From: Candidatus Hydrogenedentota bacterium
Lineage (GTDB): Bacteria; Hydrogenedentota; Hydrogenedentia; Hydrogenedentales; SLHB01
Assembly: GCA_045863295.1 (NCBI GenBank)
Contig: BTWA01000003.1
Location: forward strand, 160,001 to 224,000
Reading direction: 5' to 3'
Length of the DNA: 64,000 bases
How positions within the stretch are numbered: the first letter of the stretch is position 1; every line of letters begins with the position of its first letter. The position numbers were made by a program, and so were the translations under genes. Positions 19,731-29,770 of this stretch are shown one piece after another. The notes under the pieces are model-generated. The model had not been told where the DNA came from. It searched no databases and worked only from the letters and a program-made list of their open reading frames with translations.

Positions 19731-20124
19731 GGCCGGCGGCGCCGGTCACTTCAGGTGTTTGGCCTTCGAGACTGGCAAACGTTATGGTCTTGGATGATCC
19801 GATGCCTTCGGGTTCCGCCGCGTACACCAGTTCCACTTGATTTGGACGCGGCGGCACCAAACCCAGATCGGGGCCGTTGGCCGCAATGCGCTCCATCGTC
19901 TTAAGTTCCGCTTCCTGCTTCTCGTAGTTCTCAATACGCTCGTTCACCTGGCGCAACGCAGTCCGAAGCCGGCTCGTGTAGTAGTCGTTGCCATAGATCT
20001 GAAGTTGTATCCACGCCTCGGTCAGAAAAACGGAAAAGGGAATCACCCAAACCGGCATCCAGAATATGATGGCCAGTAAGAGCCGGTTGGCAGTCCGTTT
20101 CTTCTTCTCGCGTTCTCGATTCAT
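19720..20124 (-). CDS. ftsL: FtsL-like cell division protein
   Basis: Basic N-terminus, single TM, coiled coil, ERIA...LGLVPP; lies between rsmH and ftsI. Confidence 0.75.
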   Translation of the reverse strand: MNREREKKKRTANRLLLAIIFWMPVWVIPFSVFLTEAWIQLQIYGNDYYTSRLRTALRQVNERIENYEKQEAELKTMERIAANGPDLGLVPPRPNQVELVYAAEPEGIGSSKTITFASLEGQTPEVTGAAGLEP

Positions 20125-20141
20125 ACCAGACTACTCCAATT

Positions 20142-21056
20142 TCACAACCGTTCAGCCGCCCGGAGTCTCGCGCTGCAGGACCGAGGGTTTCTGCGCTTCT
20201 CGGCCTCCTCTGGCTCGACAGGTTTCCGGGTCAACACCCGAATCCGCTCCGGTACCACGTGCTTCACGCGGCCGTCGGGCCAGAGAACCCGATTAGGACG
20301 TGAGGCGTCTTTGAATACGTTCTTGACCACCCGGTCTTCACCGGAATGAAATGAAATCACTACGATCCGGCCGCCCGGCCGGAGATTGTCAATGGCCGAA
20401 TGCAACGCCGTCTCTAAATGCAGCAACTCGCGGTTTACTGCCATACGAATCGCCTGAAACACAGTCCGCGTTTCCTCGGGCGTGCCCTTCACAAAAGGAA
20501 GTCCATCCCGAACCGCTTCCGCCAAATCGCGGGTGGTTTTCAGTTCGCCGGCATCGCGTCGATGGATGATGGCGTCTGCTATTCGCTTCGCCGGCTTCAC
20601 ATCCCCAAAATCCCGCAACAAGGCCGCCAACTCGTCCGTCCGGATCCGGTCCAACAAAATGGCCGCCGTTTCGGACGAACTCGTGTCCATGCGCATGTCC
20701 AACGGACCATCCGACTGAAACGAGAATCCGCGTCCAGGGTCATCCAGTTGCATGCTCGACAATCCCGCGTCAATCAAGACGCCGTCGGCACCGGTCAGAC
20801 CCTGTTCCGACAGAACCCCGGCCAGATCGCCGTAGTTCCGGTGGAACACCTCGGCAAATTCAAATGGAGCCAGCCGCGTGCGTGCGGCCAAAACTGCAAC
20901 CGGATCCCGATCCAGTGCAATAAGGCGGCCGGATTTCATTCGCTCGGCAATCAGCGTGGAATGCCCGCCGCCACCCGCAGTGCCGTCCACGTACGTTCCG
21001 CCTTCCCGGATGTTCAGCCATTCCAATACGGCCTCGGGCAAGACTGGAACGTGCAC
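20142..21056 (-). CDS. rsmH: 16S rRNA m4C1402 methyltransferase
   Basis: HVPVL, DGTAGGGGHS, RGFSF..DGPLDMRMD, FQAIRMAVN, ISFHSGEDR. Confidence 0.96.
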   Translation of the reverse strand: MHVPVLPEAVLEWLNIREGGTYVDGTAGGGGHSTLIAERMKSGRLIALDRDPVAVLAARTRLAPFEFAEVFHRNYGDLAGVLSEQGLTGADGVLIDAGLSSMQLDDPGRGFSFQSDGPLDMRMDTSSSETAAILLDRIRTDELAALLRDFGDVKPAKRIADAIIHRRDAGELKTTRDLAEAVRDGLPFVKGTPEETRTVFQAIRMAVNRELLHLETALHSAIDNLRPGGRIVVISFHSGEDRVVKNVFKDASRPNRVLWPDGRVKHVVPERIRVLTRKPVEPEEAEKRRNPRSCSARLRAAERL

Positions 21057-21060
21057 GGAC

Positions 21061-21405
21061 TTAGGCCGCGGCCTGAAACACGTTTACGGCCTGTTGCTCG
21101 CCTTCGTGAATCTCGAACAGATTCGACACCCCGACCATGCGAAACAGACGCTCGGAATACAAATTGATGCCGGCAAGCTTGATGTCGCCGTTGTACGAAC
21201 GAATCTTGCGCAAGCGCTCCACCATGACGCCGACACCCATGTAACTGATGTAGCGGACGTCCGTCATGTTCAGCACAATCTTAAATCGTCCACCCGTGAT
21301 GCAGTCGTACAACTGCGTCCGAAGCGCATCCACCCCGCGCTCGTCGATATCGCCGGACAGCCGAAGCACTGTCACGGCCCCCATGTCGATCCGCTCTGCT
21401 TTCAT
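21061..21405 (-). CDS. STAS-domain protein (anti-sigma antagonist-like)
   Basis: VLRLSGDID, IVLNMTDVRYISYMGVG, LFRMVG..NLFEI; 114 aa. Confidence 0.88.
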   Translation of the reverse strand: MKAERIDMGAVTVLRLSGDIDERGVDALRTQLYDCITGGRFKIVLNMTDVRYISYMGVGVMVERLRKIRSYNGDIKLAGINLYSERLFRMVGVSNLFEIHEGEQQAVNVFQAAA

Positions 21406-21407
21406 GT

Positions 21408-21878
21408 TCAGGCCACCCTTTCCGGTTGCGACGTCTCATCCCGATACGAAAATATCGGGGACGCCTGCTCTTTGTACCCTTCGCGATTCCGCTCCTGGAA
21501 CTCCTTCCAACGTGCCGTGCTCCAGAGTTCCAAGTGATCGTCCACCCCAATCAAAACCGCCTCGGAATCGAGGCCGGCATAATCGCGCAGATGCGGCGCA
21601 AGCGGGATACGTCCCTGGTTGTCCGGACGAACTTCCGCCACGCTGCTGAAAAACATCCGGCGAAAATCCACGGTGTCCGCGTCCATCGAACTGTGGCGCC
21701 CCACAAATTGCCGGATTTTGTTAAACTCATCCCGATGAAAAAGGAAAATGCAATGGTCATAACCGCGCGCCATGTACCAGATCGCGTGACCAAGGGTCTC
21801 CATGGTCTCCCGAATCTTCCGGGGAACCGTGATACGGCCCTTGTCGTCAATTTTGGTTATGGCCTCGCCGAAGTACAC
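21408..21878 (-). CDS. mraZ: Transcriptional regulator MraZ
   Basis: IDDKGRITVP and DNQGRIPL duplicated motifs, IGVDDHLELW. Confidence 0.95.
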   Translation of the reverse strand: MYFGEAITKIDDKGRITVPRKIRETMETLGHAIWYMARGYDHCIFLFHRDEFNKIRQFVGRHSSMDADTVDFRRMFFSSVAEVRPDNQGRIPLAPHLRDYAGLDSEAVLIGVDDHLELWSTARWKEFQERNREGYKEQASPIFSYRDETSQPERVA

Positions 21879-21906
21879 AGGAGCTACCCAGGTTAACCCT
21901 TTTCAA

Positions 21907-21960
21907 CCACTTTACCCCACGAACCAACCCCAATTTACCACTGAGCCCCACGTCTGTCAA
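21907..21960 (-). promoter_or_regulatory. sigma70-type dcw promoter overlapped by MraZ-box repeats
   Basis: Minus strand TTGACA(21960-21955)-17 bp-TAAATT(21937-21932); GTGG/TGGG repeats at ~10-bp spacing across 21907-21951. Confidence 0.85.
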
Positions 21961-22317
21961 GAGAAAATCACAGGCCGTCCAGGTCCTTTGTCCTTCTCCC
22001 ATAAGGAGTTACGACATTCAGTCGATACTATATCCTGTACAGAAGTGGCATTTTGATTAAATGGACCACAAGATATAGATATGAGCAAAGTGCCAACTTG
22101 TCTATTATCTGTACATAATTTCAGGGGTTTAACCTGAAAAACTCTTATTATCGTATTCAACCACTCCGACCCATTCCTCAAAAGAACAGGAAGATTTGGC
22201 CCCAGGACAGCCGTTACAAGGGGAAGTACGCCATTTGCAGGCTGAGCGGGTCTCAACCCATAATGACGCCGTTTTGCAGCTCGATTAGGGTGAACGCAGG
22301 CGGGGAGAACCATTGAC

Positions 22318-23253
22318 ATGGAAAAATTGCGTGCGATTCGGGTTTGGCATTGGATCTGGGCTGTACTGGTGGCATGTACCGCCTCCGTGTCCTATGCCGA
22401 CGGCTACGGCCCAATTCCCCTGACCGAAGATGCGTACAAGATCCTGAAAGCCACCTACGACTACGACCCTGAAATCCCCTTGGACGCTCGACTCGTGGAA
22501 GTGAAAGAAACCGAGTCCACTACCCTTCGCAAGATTGTCTTCCGAGGCGTCCGAGGCTTCTTGGTGCCCGCCCGGCTCGAAATCCCAAAAGGCACGCCGA
22601 CGCCCGTACCTTGTGTTGTACTGACCCACGGTTGGTCCGGTTCCAAGGAAAACTGGTGGGAAGACGACAACTACATCAGCGGTGGCAACATGCGCAAGGC
22701 GCTCCTCGAAAAAGGATTTGCCGTGTTTGCCATTGACGCCCAGGGGCACGGAGAGCGTATGGCCGAAAACGGCTACGGTATGGTCAATGCCTACGACGGT
22801 CCAGAGGCGCCCAAGCGAAAGAACCTGTTCACTCTTCGCGAAATCATCACGCAAACCGCGCTCGACGTACGTCGTGGTCTCGATTACCTGGATTCGCGAG
22901 ACGACATTGACATGGACCGGATCGGCATCTCCGGATACAGCATGGGCGGGTTCCACGCAGTTGTAATCACCGCGATGGATCCCCGTATCAAGGTTTCTGT
23001 CGGGTGCGTGATTCCCGTCACCTGGCGCGAAGACCCAATACTCGATCCAGGATTCTACGCCAAGGGCATCGGCACCCGGCCGTTCTTTATGGCCTTTGGC
23101 AGTGAAGACACCATGTGTGACGGCACCGACGCCAAGGCACTCTTTGGAATGTTGGAAGGCACCGACAACAGACTCGTGGTGATAGACGCGGGTCACCGCC
23201 TTCCCGCCACTTATGTGCCTGATGCAGTGGATTTCATTGCCAGCCGGATTTAG
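22318..23253 (+). CDS. Secreted alpha/beta hydrolase
   Basis: Signal peptide, HGWSG, IDAQGHGER, GYSMGG nucleophile elbow, AGH. Confidence 0.85.
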   Translation: MEKLRAIRVWHWIWAVLVACTASVSYADGYGPIPLTEDAYKILKATYDYDPEIPLDARLVEVKETESTTLRKIVFRGVRGFLVPARLEIPKGTPTPVPCVVLTHGWSGSKENWWEDDNYISGGNMRKALLEKGFAVFAIDAQGHGERMAENGYGMVNAYDGPEAPKRKNLFTLREIITQTALDVRRGLDYLDSRDDIDMDRIGISGYSMGGFHAVVITAMDPRIKVSVGCVIPVTWREDPILDPGFYAKGIGTRPFFMAFGSEDTMCDGTDAKALFGMLEGTDNRLVVIDAGHRLPATYVPDAVDFIASRI

Positions 23254-23340
23254 CGCGCTCGCGCGACCGGCCGCGCCCCAAGTGGGATCGTGCAGTGCGG
23301 TCCGGCAAGAAGTGAATGCAGTAGCAGTGAGGACAATTCA

Positions 23341-24381
23341 ATGGTGCATTTCCGGAATTTCATGGTGCTGGCCTGCATCGCCACAACCGCAGCCGCGCAG
23401 AATCAGGCACCGGCTGCGAAAGTCGTGGTCCAGGAGGTTGCCAGAGGGACTCTGCAGCAAACGACCACCAAGGTGGGCAACGCGTTCTTCAAGGAAGTGG
23501 CCTCGCTCGCCACGGAAGTCAGCGGCAAAGTCATTTCGGTTCAGTTTGAAGAGGGCGATCGCATCGGAAAAGGCACGGTGCTGGTAGAGTTGGACCATAC
23601 ATTGCTGGACGCCAACCTGCGCGCCGCGGAAGCCGCCGTGAAGGAAAATAAGACACGCCTTGAACAGGAACAGGTCCGCCTGGCGCGGGCAGAAACGCTC
23701 CTCCAGGATCAAGTCACAACGCAGCAGGATTACGACGATATTCGATTCACCGTCGACTCCTTGGCGCACCGCGTTGAAGCCTTTCAAGCGGAGGCCGAAC
23801 GCATTCGCGAGGAAATCACCAAGAAAAACATCGTCGCCCCGTTTGATGGCATCGTGCTGCAGCGCGAAACCGAAATCGGCGAATGGAAGAATATCGGCGA
23901 CACCATCGCCGTATTTGCGCGCTCAGGCGTTTTCGATGTCGTCGTAAACGTCCCCGAGACTACCGTGCCGTTTGTGCGCCCGGAAGCCACTGCACCGGTA
24001 CGCGTCGCAGGCGCCACCCTGGTCGGCAATATTGTGGCCGTAATTCCAAAGGGAGATACCGTGTCCAGAACGTTTCCCGTAAAGATCCGCCTCGACCATC
24101 CTGGCGACGTGCTCATGGAAGGTATGAGCGTCGAGGTCGATCTCCCGGTCGGATCGACGATCGAATGCGCCACCGTACCGCGGGACGCCGTCTTGCTGGA
24201 AGGCAGGGACAATGCTGTGTATGCCGTGGTGGACTCAAAGGCGAAACGCATACCTGTAAAGGTGCTTGGATACGAAGGCCTGACTGCTGGAGTGGAAGGA
24301 GCCGGACTGGCCCCGGGACTTAAGGTCATTGTCAAAGGGCACGAACGGATCAAGGACGGCCAGCCCGTCGAAGCGGAATAA
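23341..24381 (+). CDS. RND efflux periplasmic adaptor (MFP)
   Basis: EVSGKV, coiled coil, IVAPFDGIV, SRTFPVK, VPRDAV. Confidence 0.92.
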   Translation: MVHFRNFMVLACIATTAAAQNQAPAAKVVVQEVARGTLQQTTTKVGNAFFKEVASLATEVSGKVISVQFEEGDRIGKGTVLVELDHTLLDANLRAAEAAVKENKTRLEQEQVRLARAETLLQDQVTTQQDYDDIRFTVDSLAHRVEAFQAEAERIREEITKKNIVAPFDGIVLQRETEIGEWKNIGDTIAVFARSGVFDVVVNVPETTVPFVRPEATAPVRVAGATLVGNIVAVIPKGDTVSRTFPVKIRLDHPGDVLMEGMSVEVDLPVGSTIECATVPRDAVLLEGRDNAVYAVVDSKAKRIPVKVLGYEGLTAGVEGAGLAPGLKVIVKGHERIKDGQPVEAE

Positions 24382-24405
24382 CGGCGCGCGAGGTAGTACC
24401 CAACA

Positions 24406-27400
24406 ATGAACATCATTCAATTCTCCATCGAAAAACCGGTCACGGTAATTGTCGGTGTGCTGTTCGTCGTCATGTTTGGGATCCTCGCCCTACTGAAGAT
24501 CCCCTACCAACTCAGTCCAAACGTCGAAGAGCCCGTCATATCGGTGCGCACTGTGTGGCCCGGCGCCACCCCCTATGAAATCGAGCGCGATATCATCGAA
24601 GAACAGGAAAAGGTGCTCAAGGGAGTACCCGGCCTGTACGAAATGGAAAGTCAATCCTCCAATGGCAACGGCCAGATTACCTTGCGATTTCGAATTGGCT
24701 CCGACGTGAATGAGGCCTTGCTGCGCGTTTCGAATAAGCTCGACGAAGTGCCGTCGTATCCCGAAAATGTCGACAAACCCGTCATCAATGCCTCGGGCGC
24801 GGAGAGTTCCCCCGTCGTTTGGGTCGTTCTCAAAACATTGGAAGGAAACGACCGCGATATCTACACCTACCGAACCTTTCTCGAGAACGAGGTACGCCAA
24901 TATTTTGACCGCATACCGGGCGTCGCGGATCTCATGATCAACGGCGGCTCCGAAAGCCAGATGCATGTAATGGTCAACCCCGAACGCCTCGCCGCCTACG
25001 GGCTCACTATCGAACAAGTCATACAGGCATTGCGTAGCGAAAACGCGAATGTTTCCGCCGGCCTTTTGGGCGTCGGACGAAGGGATTACCGGATTCGTAC
25101 CGTCGCCGAATATCGTTCCACCGAGGATATCTTGAACGTCGTCGTTCACGCGGACGGAATGCGCGAAGTGACCGTAGGCGACGTTGCCACGGTTGAATTC
25201 GGATTCGCGAAGCTGGAAATCCCAACACTTAACAAAGGCGATAAGGGATTGACCTTCGGTGTCAAGCCCGAACCCAATACAAACGTCCTGGAACTCACCG
25301 ATCACGTGGAGCAGGTTGTCCATGAACTGAACGCGGGCTTGTTGAAGGAAAACGGCGTCTATTTCGACTGGGTGAACGATCAGCGCCCCTACATTCGCGG
25401 TGCAATTGCGCTCTTAAAGGAAAACATCGCCATCGGCGGTTTTCTTGCCGTAATCGTGCTGCTGTTGTTCCTGCGCAAAATTGCGCCCACCGTGGTGATT
25501 TTCGTCGCCATCCCCATCAGTGTGATCGGCACGTTTATCTTCATGTCCGCTTTGGGAAGCACACTCAACGTTGTAAGTCTCGCTGGCATTGCCTTCGCCG
25601 TCGGCATGCTCGTGGACAACGCCATCGTCGTGCTCGAAAATATCGACCGGCACAAGCACATGGGCAAAACCGCGGCTAAGGCCGCGTACGATGGCACCGC
25701 CGAGGTGTGGGGCGCCGTGCTGGCTTCTTCCCTCACCAATATCGCCGTTTTCCTGCCCGTCATTTTCCTGGAAGAAGAAGCGGGCCAGCTCTTTCGCGAT
25801 ATTGCGCTCGCCGTCGCATGCTCCATGTCCCTGAGCCTCATCGTTTCCATTACGGTCGTGCCCATGCTGGCCAATAGGCTCTATGGCATGGGCAGGGACA
25901 TTGGATTCGACGAGGGCGCCAGCACCAGAGGCATCCTGGGCCTGATCGGCGCGGGATTCAGCAAAGTAACCATGACCGTGCTCGGGGTGATACTGCGAAA
26001 TCGCGTCACGCAACTGGCTACCATCGTTCTCCTCACAAGTTCGGCCGTCGGCGCAACCTATGCCCTCATGCCCAAGATGGAATATCTCCCCCAAGGCAAT
26101 CGCGACCTCATCATGAACATCATCGTGCCCCCGCCCGGACTCTCCTTTGATGAGCGCATGGCCATCGGCAAAAAACTTATGGACTTCTTTGAACCCTACT
26201 ATGAACCCGGATACGAGGGGTATCCCGGAATTCGAAACACGTTTTTCAGCGGTCGTGACCAAACCATCGTGCTCGGCATAGTCAGCGCGGACCAGATGCG
26301 CACCCCGGAACTTCTACCTCTCTGCCGCAAAGCCATCGCCACCATACCCGGCGTGTTTGGAGTCAGCAACCAGGCCAGCATCTTCTCGCGGGGCATAGGA
26401 CGCGGCAGGACAATCGACGTTAATCTGAGCGGCAATGACATCGACCAGTTGGTCGCCGATGCCAAATCCATGTTCGGCATGGCCATGCAGTCCATGCCCG
26501 GCACCCAGATACGACCACAACCCAGCCTCGAACTCGCATTTCCCGAAAGCATCTTTGTACCCGATCGCGAACGGCTTCGCGCTGTCGGTATGACTGCACA
26601 ACAACTCGGCACCGGCATCGATGTTCTCATGGACGGACGCGACATCGGCGATTTCAAGCAAGAAGGCGACAAGAAAATCGATCTGGTCGTGAAAGTGGCG
26701 GACACGCAAATCGAAACCCCCGAACAACTCAACAATGCCTTGTTGGCCACCCCCAAAGGAGGCACTGTCCCCGTCTCCTCGCTCGCAAACATGGTGGAAT
26801 CCGCCGGACTCACCGAAATCCGGCACTTGGAACGAAACCGAACCATCACGTTGCAAGTAACGCCGCCCTACGAGATAACGCTGCAGGAGGCAATGGAAAC
26901 GTTTACCGGTACCATCGTGCCCGAGATGAAATCCAAGGGCATGTTGGAGGGCGTCGTAGTGGAACTTTCAGGGAACGCGGACAAACTCACCGATACCCGG
27001 AAGGCGCTTCAATGGAATTTCGTCGTAGCCGCGCTAATCTGTTACCTACTGATGTCGGCGCTACTGAGCAACTTTGTCTATCCCCTGATAATCATGCTCA
27101 CCGTGCCGCTCGCAAGCGCCGGCGGCTTCATCGGATTGAGACTCCTGAATGTGCTTATCGTGCCCCAGCAACTCGATATTCTGACCATGCTTGGGTTCAT
27201 CATTCTTGTGGGCGTCGTGGTGAATAATCCCATCTTAATCGTCTATCAGGCGCTGAATCTGGTTCGCTTTGAAGGAATGGATCACAAGGCCGCCGTGATG
27301 GAATCCACCCGCACGCGTCTGCGGCCGATCTACATGAGCGCCACCACCAGCATCATCGGCCTTCTTCCACTCGTGCTGTGGCCGGGGCCAGGCTCTGAAC

Positions 27401-27579
27401 TGTATCGCGGCCTTGGTAGCGTGATGTTGGGCGGTATGGCCCTTTCCACCGTGTTCACTGTATTCTTGATTCCCCCCCTGCTCATGTTCTGCATCTGGAT
27501 GGAAAGACCCGCGGCCGCAATAGAATCCGCGGCCATCCCAGTCTCAGCGAGGCCTGTGGCGGAACCCGTAGGTAAATAA
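24406..27579 (+). CDS. RND efflux permease (AcrB-like)
   Basis: 1057 aa; GMLVDNAIVVLENI, GVVVNNPILI, RLRPIYM. Confidence 0.95.
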   Translation: MNIIQFSIEKPVTVIVGVLFVVMFGILALLKIPYQLSPNVEEPVISVRTVWPGATPYEIERDIIEEQEKVLKGVPGLYEMESQSSNGNGQITLRFRIGSDVNEALLRVSNKLDEVPSYPENVDKPVINASGAESSPVVWVVLKTLEGNDRDIYTYRTFLENEVRQYFDRIPGVADLMINGGSESQMHVMVNPERLAAYGLTIEQVIQALRSENANVSAGLLGVGRRDYRIRTVAEYRSTEDILNVVVHADGMREVTVGDVATVEFGFAKLEIPTLNKGDKGLTFGVKPEPNTNVLELTDHVEQVVHELNAGLLKENGVYFDWVNDQRPYIRGAIALLKENIAIGGFLAVIVLLLFLRKIAPTVVIFVAIPISVIGTFIFMSALGSTLNVVSLAGIAFAVGMLVDNAIVVLENIDRHKHMGKTAAKAAYDGTAEVWGAVLASSLTNIAVFLPVIFLEEEAGQLFRDIALAVACSMSLSLIVSITVVPMLANRLYGMGRDIGFDEGASTRGILGLIGAGFSKVTMTVLGVILRNRVTQLATIVLLTSSAVGATYALMPKMEYLPQGNRDLIMNIIVPPPGLSFDERMAIGKKLMDFFEPYYEPGYEGYPGIRNTFFSGRDQTIVLGIVSADQMRTPELLPLCRKAIATIPGVFGVSNQASIFSRGIGRGRTIDVNLSGNDIDQLVADAKSMFGMAMQSMPGTQIRPQPSLELAFPESIFVPDRERLRAVGMTAQQLGTGIDVLMDGRDIGDFKQEGDKKIDLVVKVADTQIETPEQLNNALLATPKGGTVPVSSLANMVESAGLTEIRHLERNRTITLQVTPPYEITLQEAMETFTGTIVPEMKSKGMLEGVVVELSGNADKLTDTRKALQWNFVVAALICYLLMSALLSNFVYPLIIMLTVPLASAGGFIGLRLLNVLIVPQQLDILTMLGFIILVGVVVNNPILIVYQALNLVRFEGMDHKAAVMESTRTRLRPIYMSATTSIIGLLPLVLWPGPGSELYRGLGSVMLGGMALSTVFTVFLIPPLLMFCIWMERPAAAIESAAIPVSARPVAEPVGK

Positions 27580-27667
27580 CCAGGCACTGAACATGGCGAA
27601 TCAACCGGGCAACGTGATATAAACGCGAAGCGAACACGCTTCCAAAGCGCCACGGGGTACACGCAAC

Positions 27668-28606
27668 GTGAAAATGAAACGGCGATCTTTTCTCCAATGG
27701 TCCAGTGTCATGGCCGCATCCACCGCCTTGGCCCAACCCGCGTCCGCCAAAACAGTGAACGGCGTTCCCTACCGCGTGCTGGGCAAGACCGGAGTGGAAG
27801 TGTCTCTGCTTGGCGTTGGCGGCTCGCATATCGGCGAAGATTCCCTGACGGATGAACAGGCTATCTCATTGATGCGCACGGCCGTTGACGAAGGCATCAA
27901 CTTCTTCGATAACGCATGGGAATACAAGGGCGGCCGAAGCGAAGAACGCATGGGCAAGGCACTCAAGAGCGGGTATCGCGAAAAAGTGTTTCTCATGACC
28001 AAGACGCTCACCCGTGATAGCAAATACGCCCAACAACAACTCGAGGCTAGCCTGCGGCGCCTCGACGTGGACGCCATAGACCTGTGGCAGGTCCACGCCA
28101 TCGGAAACTTCCCGACTGACACGAAAGCCGTGTTTGAACGGGGTGTCTTGGAAGTCGCGGTGAAAGCCCGCGAACAGGGAAAGATCAAATACATCGGATT
28201 CACCGGCCATCGAGATCCGGCTATCCACCTCGCCGTCTTGAACGGACCGTTTGAATGGGACACCATTCAAATGCCCATGAACTGTTTCGATGTACACAAT
28301 AAAAGTTTTGTGAAAGACGTCGCTCCCGCAGCCAGAGACAAAGGGCTCGGAATAATCGCCATGAAAACTCTTGCCTCGGGCGCAATTCCCCGCTCAGGTT
28401 CGGCCACCCCCGAAGAAGCCCTGCGATATGCAATGTCTCTGCCCGTATCCGTCGTCGTGTCCGGCATGGATTCGATGGAGAAACTGCGCGCAAACCTCGC
28501 AGTCGCGAAAGCGTTCAAACCTATGTCAGAAACGGAAGTCGCCGCGTTACTGGACCGCACAAAAGCCAAAGCCTCGGAAAAAGACGCGGAATGGTACAAG
28601 GCATGA
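27668..28606 (+). CDS. Aldo/keto reductase with twin-arginine signal
   Basis: KRRSFL Tat motif; RVLGKTG, FFDNAWEY, IDLWQVH, IGFTGH, IAMK. Confidence 0.88.
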   Translation: MKMKRRSFLQWSSVMAASTALAQPASAKTVNGVPYRVLGKTGVEVSLLGVGGSHIGEDSLTDEQAISLMRTAVDEGINFFDNAWEYKGGRSEERMGKALKSGYREKVFLMTKTLTRDSKYAQQQLEASLRRLDVDAIDLWQVHAIGNFPTDTKAVFERGVLEVAVKAREQGKIKYIGFTGHRDPAIHLAVLNGPFEWDTIQMPMNCFDVHNKSFVKDVAPAARDKGLGIIAMKTLASGAIPRSGSATPEEALRYAMSLPVSVVVSGMDSMEKLRANLAVAKAFKPMSETEVAALLDRTKAKASEKDAEWYKA

Positions 28607-28643
28607 AGCCGCCCGGAAGAAGGCGTAAGCACAGCTGTCGCAC

Positions 28644-29762
28644 GTGATTCAGAAAAACCAAAAAGAACTTGCCTTTCAATCAAACCGTGTCGTATCCATG
28701 GATCAATTCCGCGGCTACACGGTGGCCGGAATGTTTCTCGTCAATGGTATCGGCCACTACAGGGCCATACCCGGCATCCTCGGCCACCACAATACCTATT
28801 GCAGCTACGCAGACGTCATTATGCCCCAGTTCTTCTTTGCGGTCGGATTCGCCCTTCGGCTGGCTCTGTTACGACACATCGAGAAATCAGGAAAGCCTGA
28901 GGCATACAAAAAAGCGGTCTGGCGTTGTCTCGCGCTCATGTTGATAGGTTTTGTGGTCTACGGGCTGAATGGCTCCTACCAACGATGGGACGAATTGAAA
29001 GATTTGGGCCTCTGGGGATTCTTGACCACCAGTTTTCACCGCAGCTATTTCCAGGCACTCGTACACATCGGCGTCACCAGCCTCTGGATCCTTCCCGTCA
29101 TTGCGGCAGGCATCCCCGCGCGAATCGTGTTCATGACTCTGTCCGCGGCATTGCAACTGTCACTGTGTGCCTGGTTTTATTTCGATTGGGGCTTCGCCGT
29201 CCGTGTGGTGGACGGAGGACCCATCGGATTCCTGACCTGGTGCATCCCTGCGCTGTTTGGGTCGATCGCCTACGATGTCGTCACTGGGCAAACGCCGCCG
29301 AGAGCCATTCGCACTGTGGCGGTTTGGTCGGGCACCCTCATGGTCATCGGCTACGCATTGTCATGCCTCGCTGCGATAAAGCAGCCCGGCACGGGCCTCG
29401 GGCAATTCCTTGTCGAACCTCCCTTCATCGACACGTGGCGAGACATCAATCTATGGACCATGTCGCAGAGGGTCGCAAGTGTCTCGTATCTCGTTTTTGC
29501 GGCCGGTTTTTCCGGCATCTCATACGTGTTCTTTATCTGGTGGTCGGATATCAAGGGATACTCCTCGGAGTTGTTTCGCGTCTTTGGACAAAATGCCCTC
29601 GTCGGGTACATTATCCACCTCTACGTCGAAGAGTCCGTGAACAACTTCATCCCGCACGATGCCCCGCTTTGGTGGGTCATCTTTGGGTTCTCCATCTTCT
29701 TTGGCATCACGTGGCTGCTCATGCGAGGCCTCGATCGACAGGGGATTCACCTCCGCCTGTAA
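28644..29762 (+). CDS. Membrane acyltransferase, heparan-alpha-glucosaminide N-acetyltransferase-like
   Basis: RVVSMDQFRGYTVAGMFLVN, ADVIMPQFFFAVG, FGQNAL; multi-TM. Confidence 0.8.
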   Translation: MIQKNQKELAFQSNRVVSMDQFRGYTVAGMFLVNGIGHYRAIPGILGHHNTYCSYADVIMPQFFFAVGFALRLALLRHIEKSGKPEAYKKAVWRCLALMLIGFVVYGLNGSYQRWDELKDLGLWGFLTTSFHRSYFQALVHIGVTSLWILPVIAAGIPARIVFMTLSAALQLSLCAWFYFDWGFAVRVVDGGPIGFLTWCIPALFGSIAYDVVTGQTPPRAIRTVAVWSGTLMVIGYALSCLAAIKQPGTGLGQFLVEPPFIDTWRDINLWTMSQRVASVSYLVFAAGFSGISYVFFIWWSDIKGYSSELFRVFGQNALVGYIIHLYVEESVNNFIPHDAPLWWVIFGFSIFFGITWLLMRGLDRQGIHLRL

Positions 29763-29770
29763 GCGGCCAC

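Noticed and set aside
21960..22310. AT-rich stretch as foreign DNA or small ORF (21957-22319)
   Set aside because: Explained as the divergent promoter region between mraZ and the hydrolase; the ORF lacks coding features
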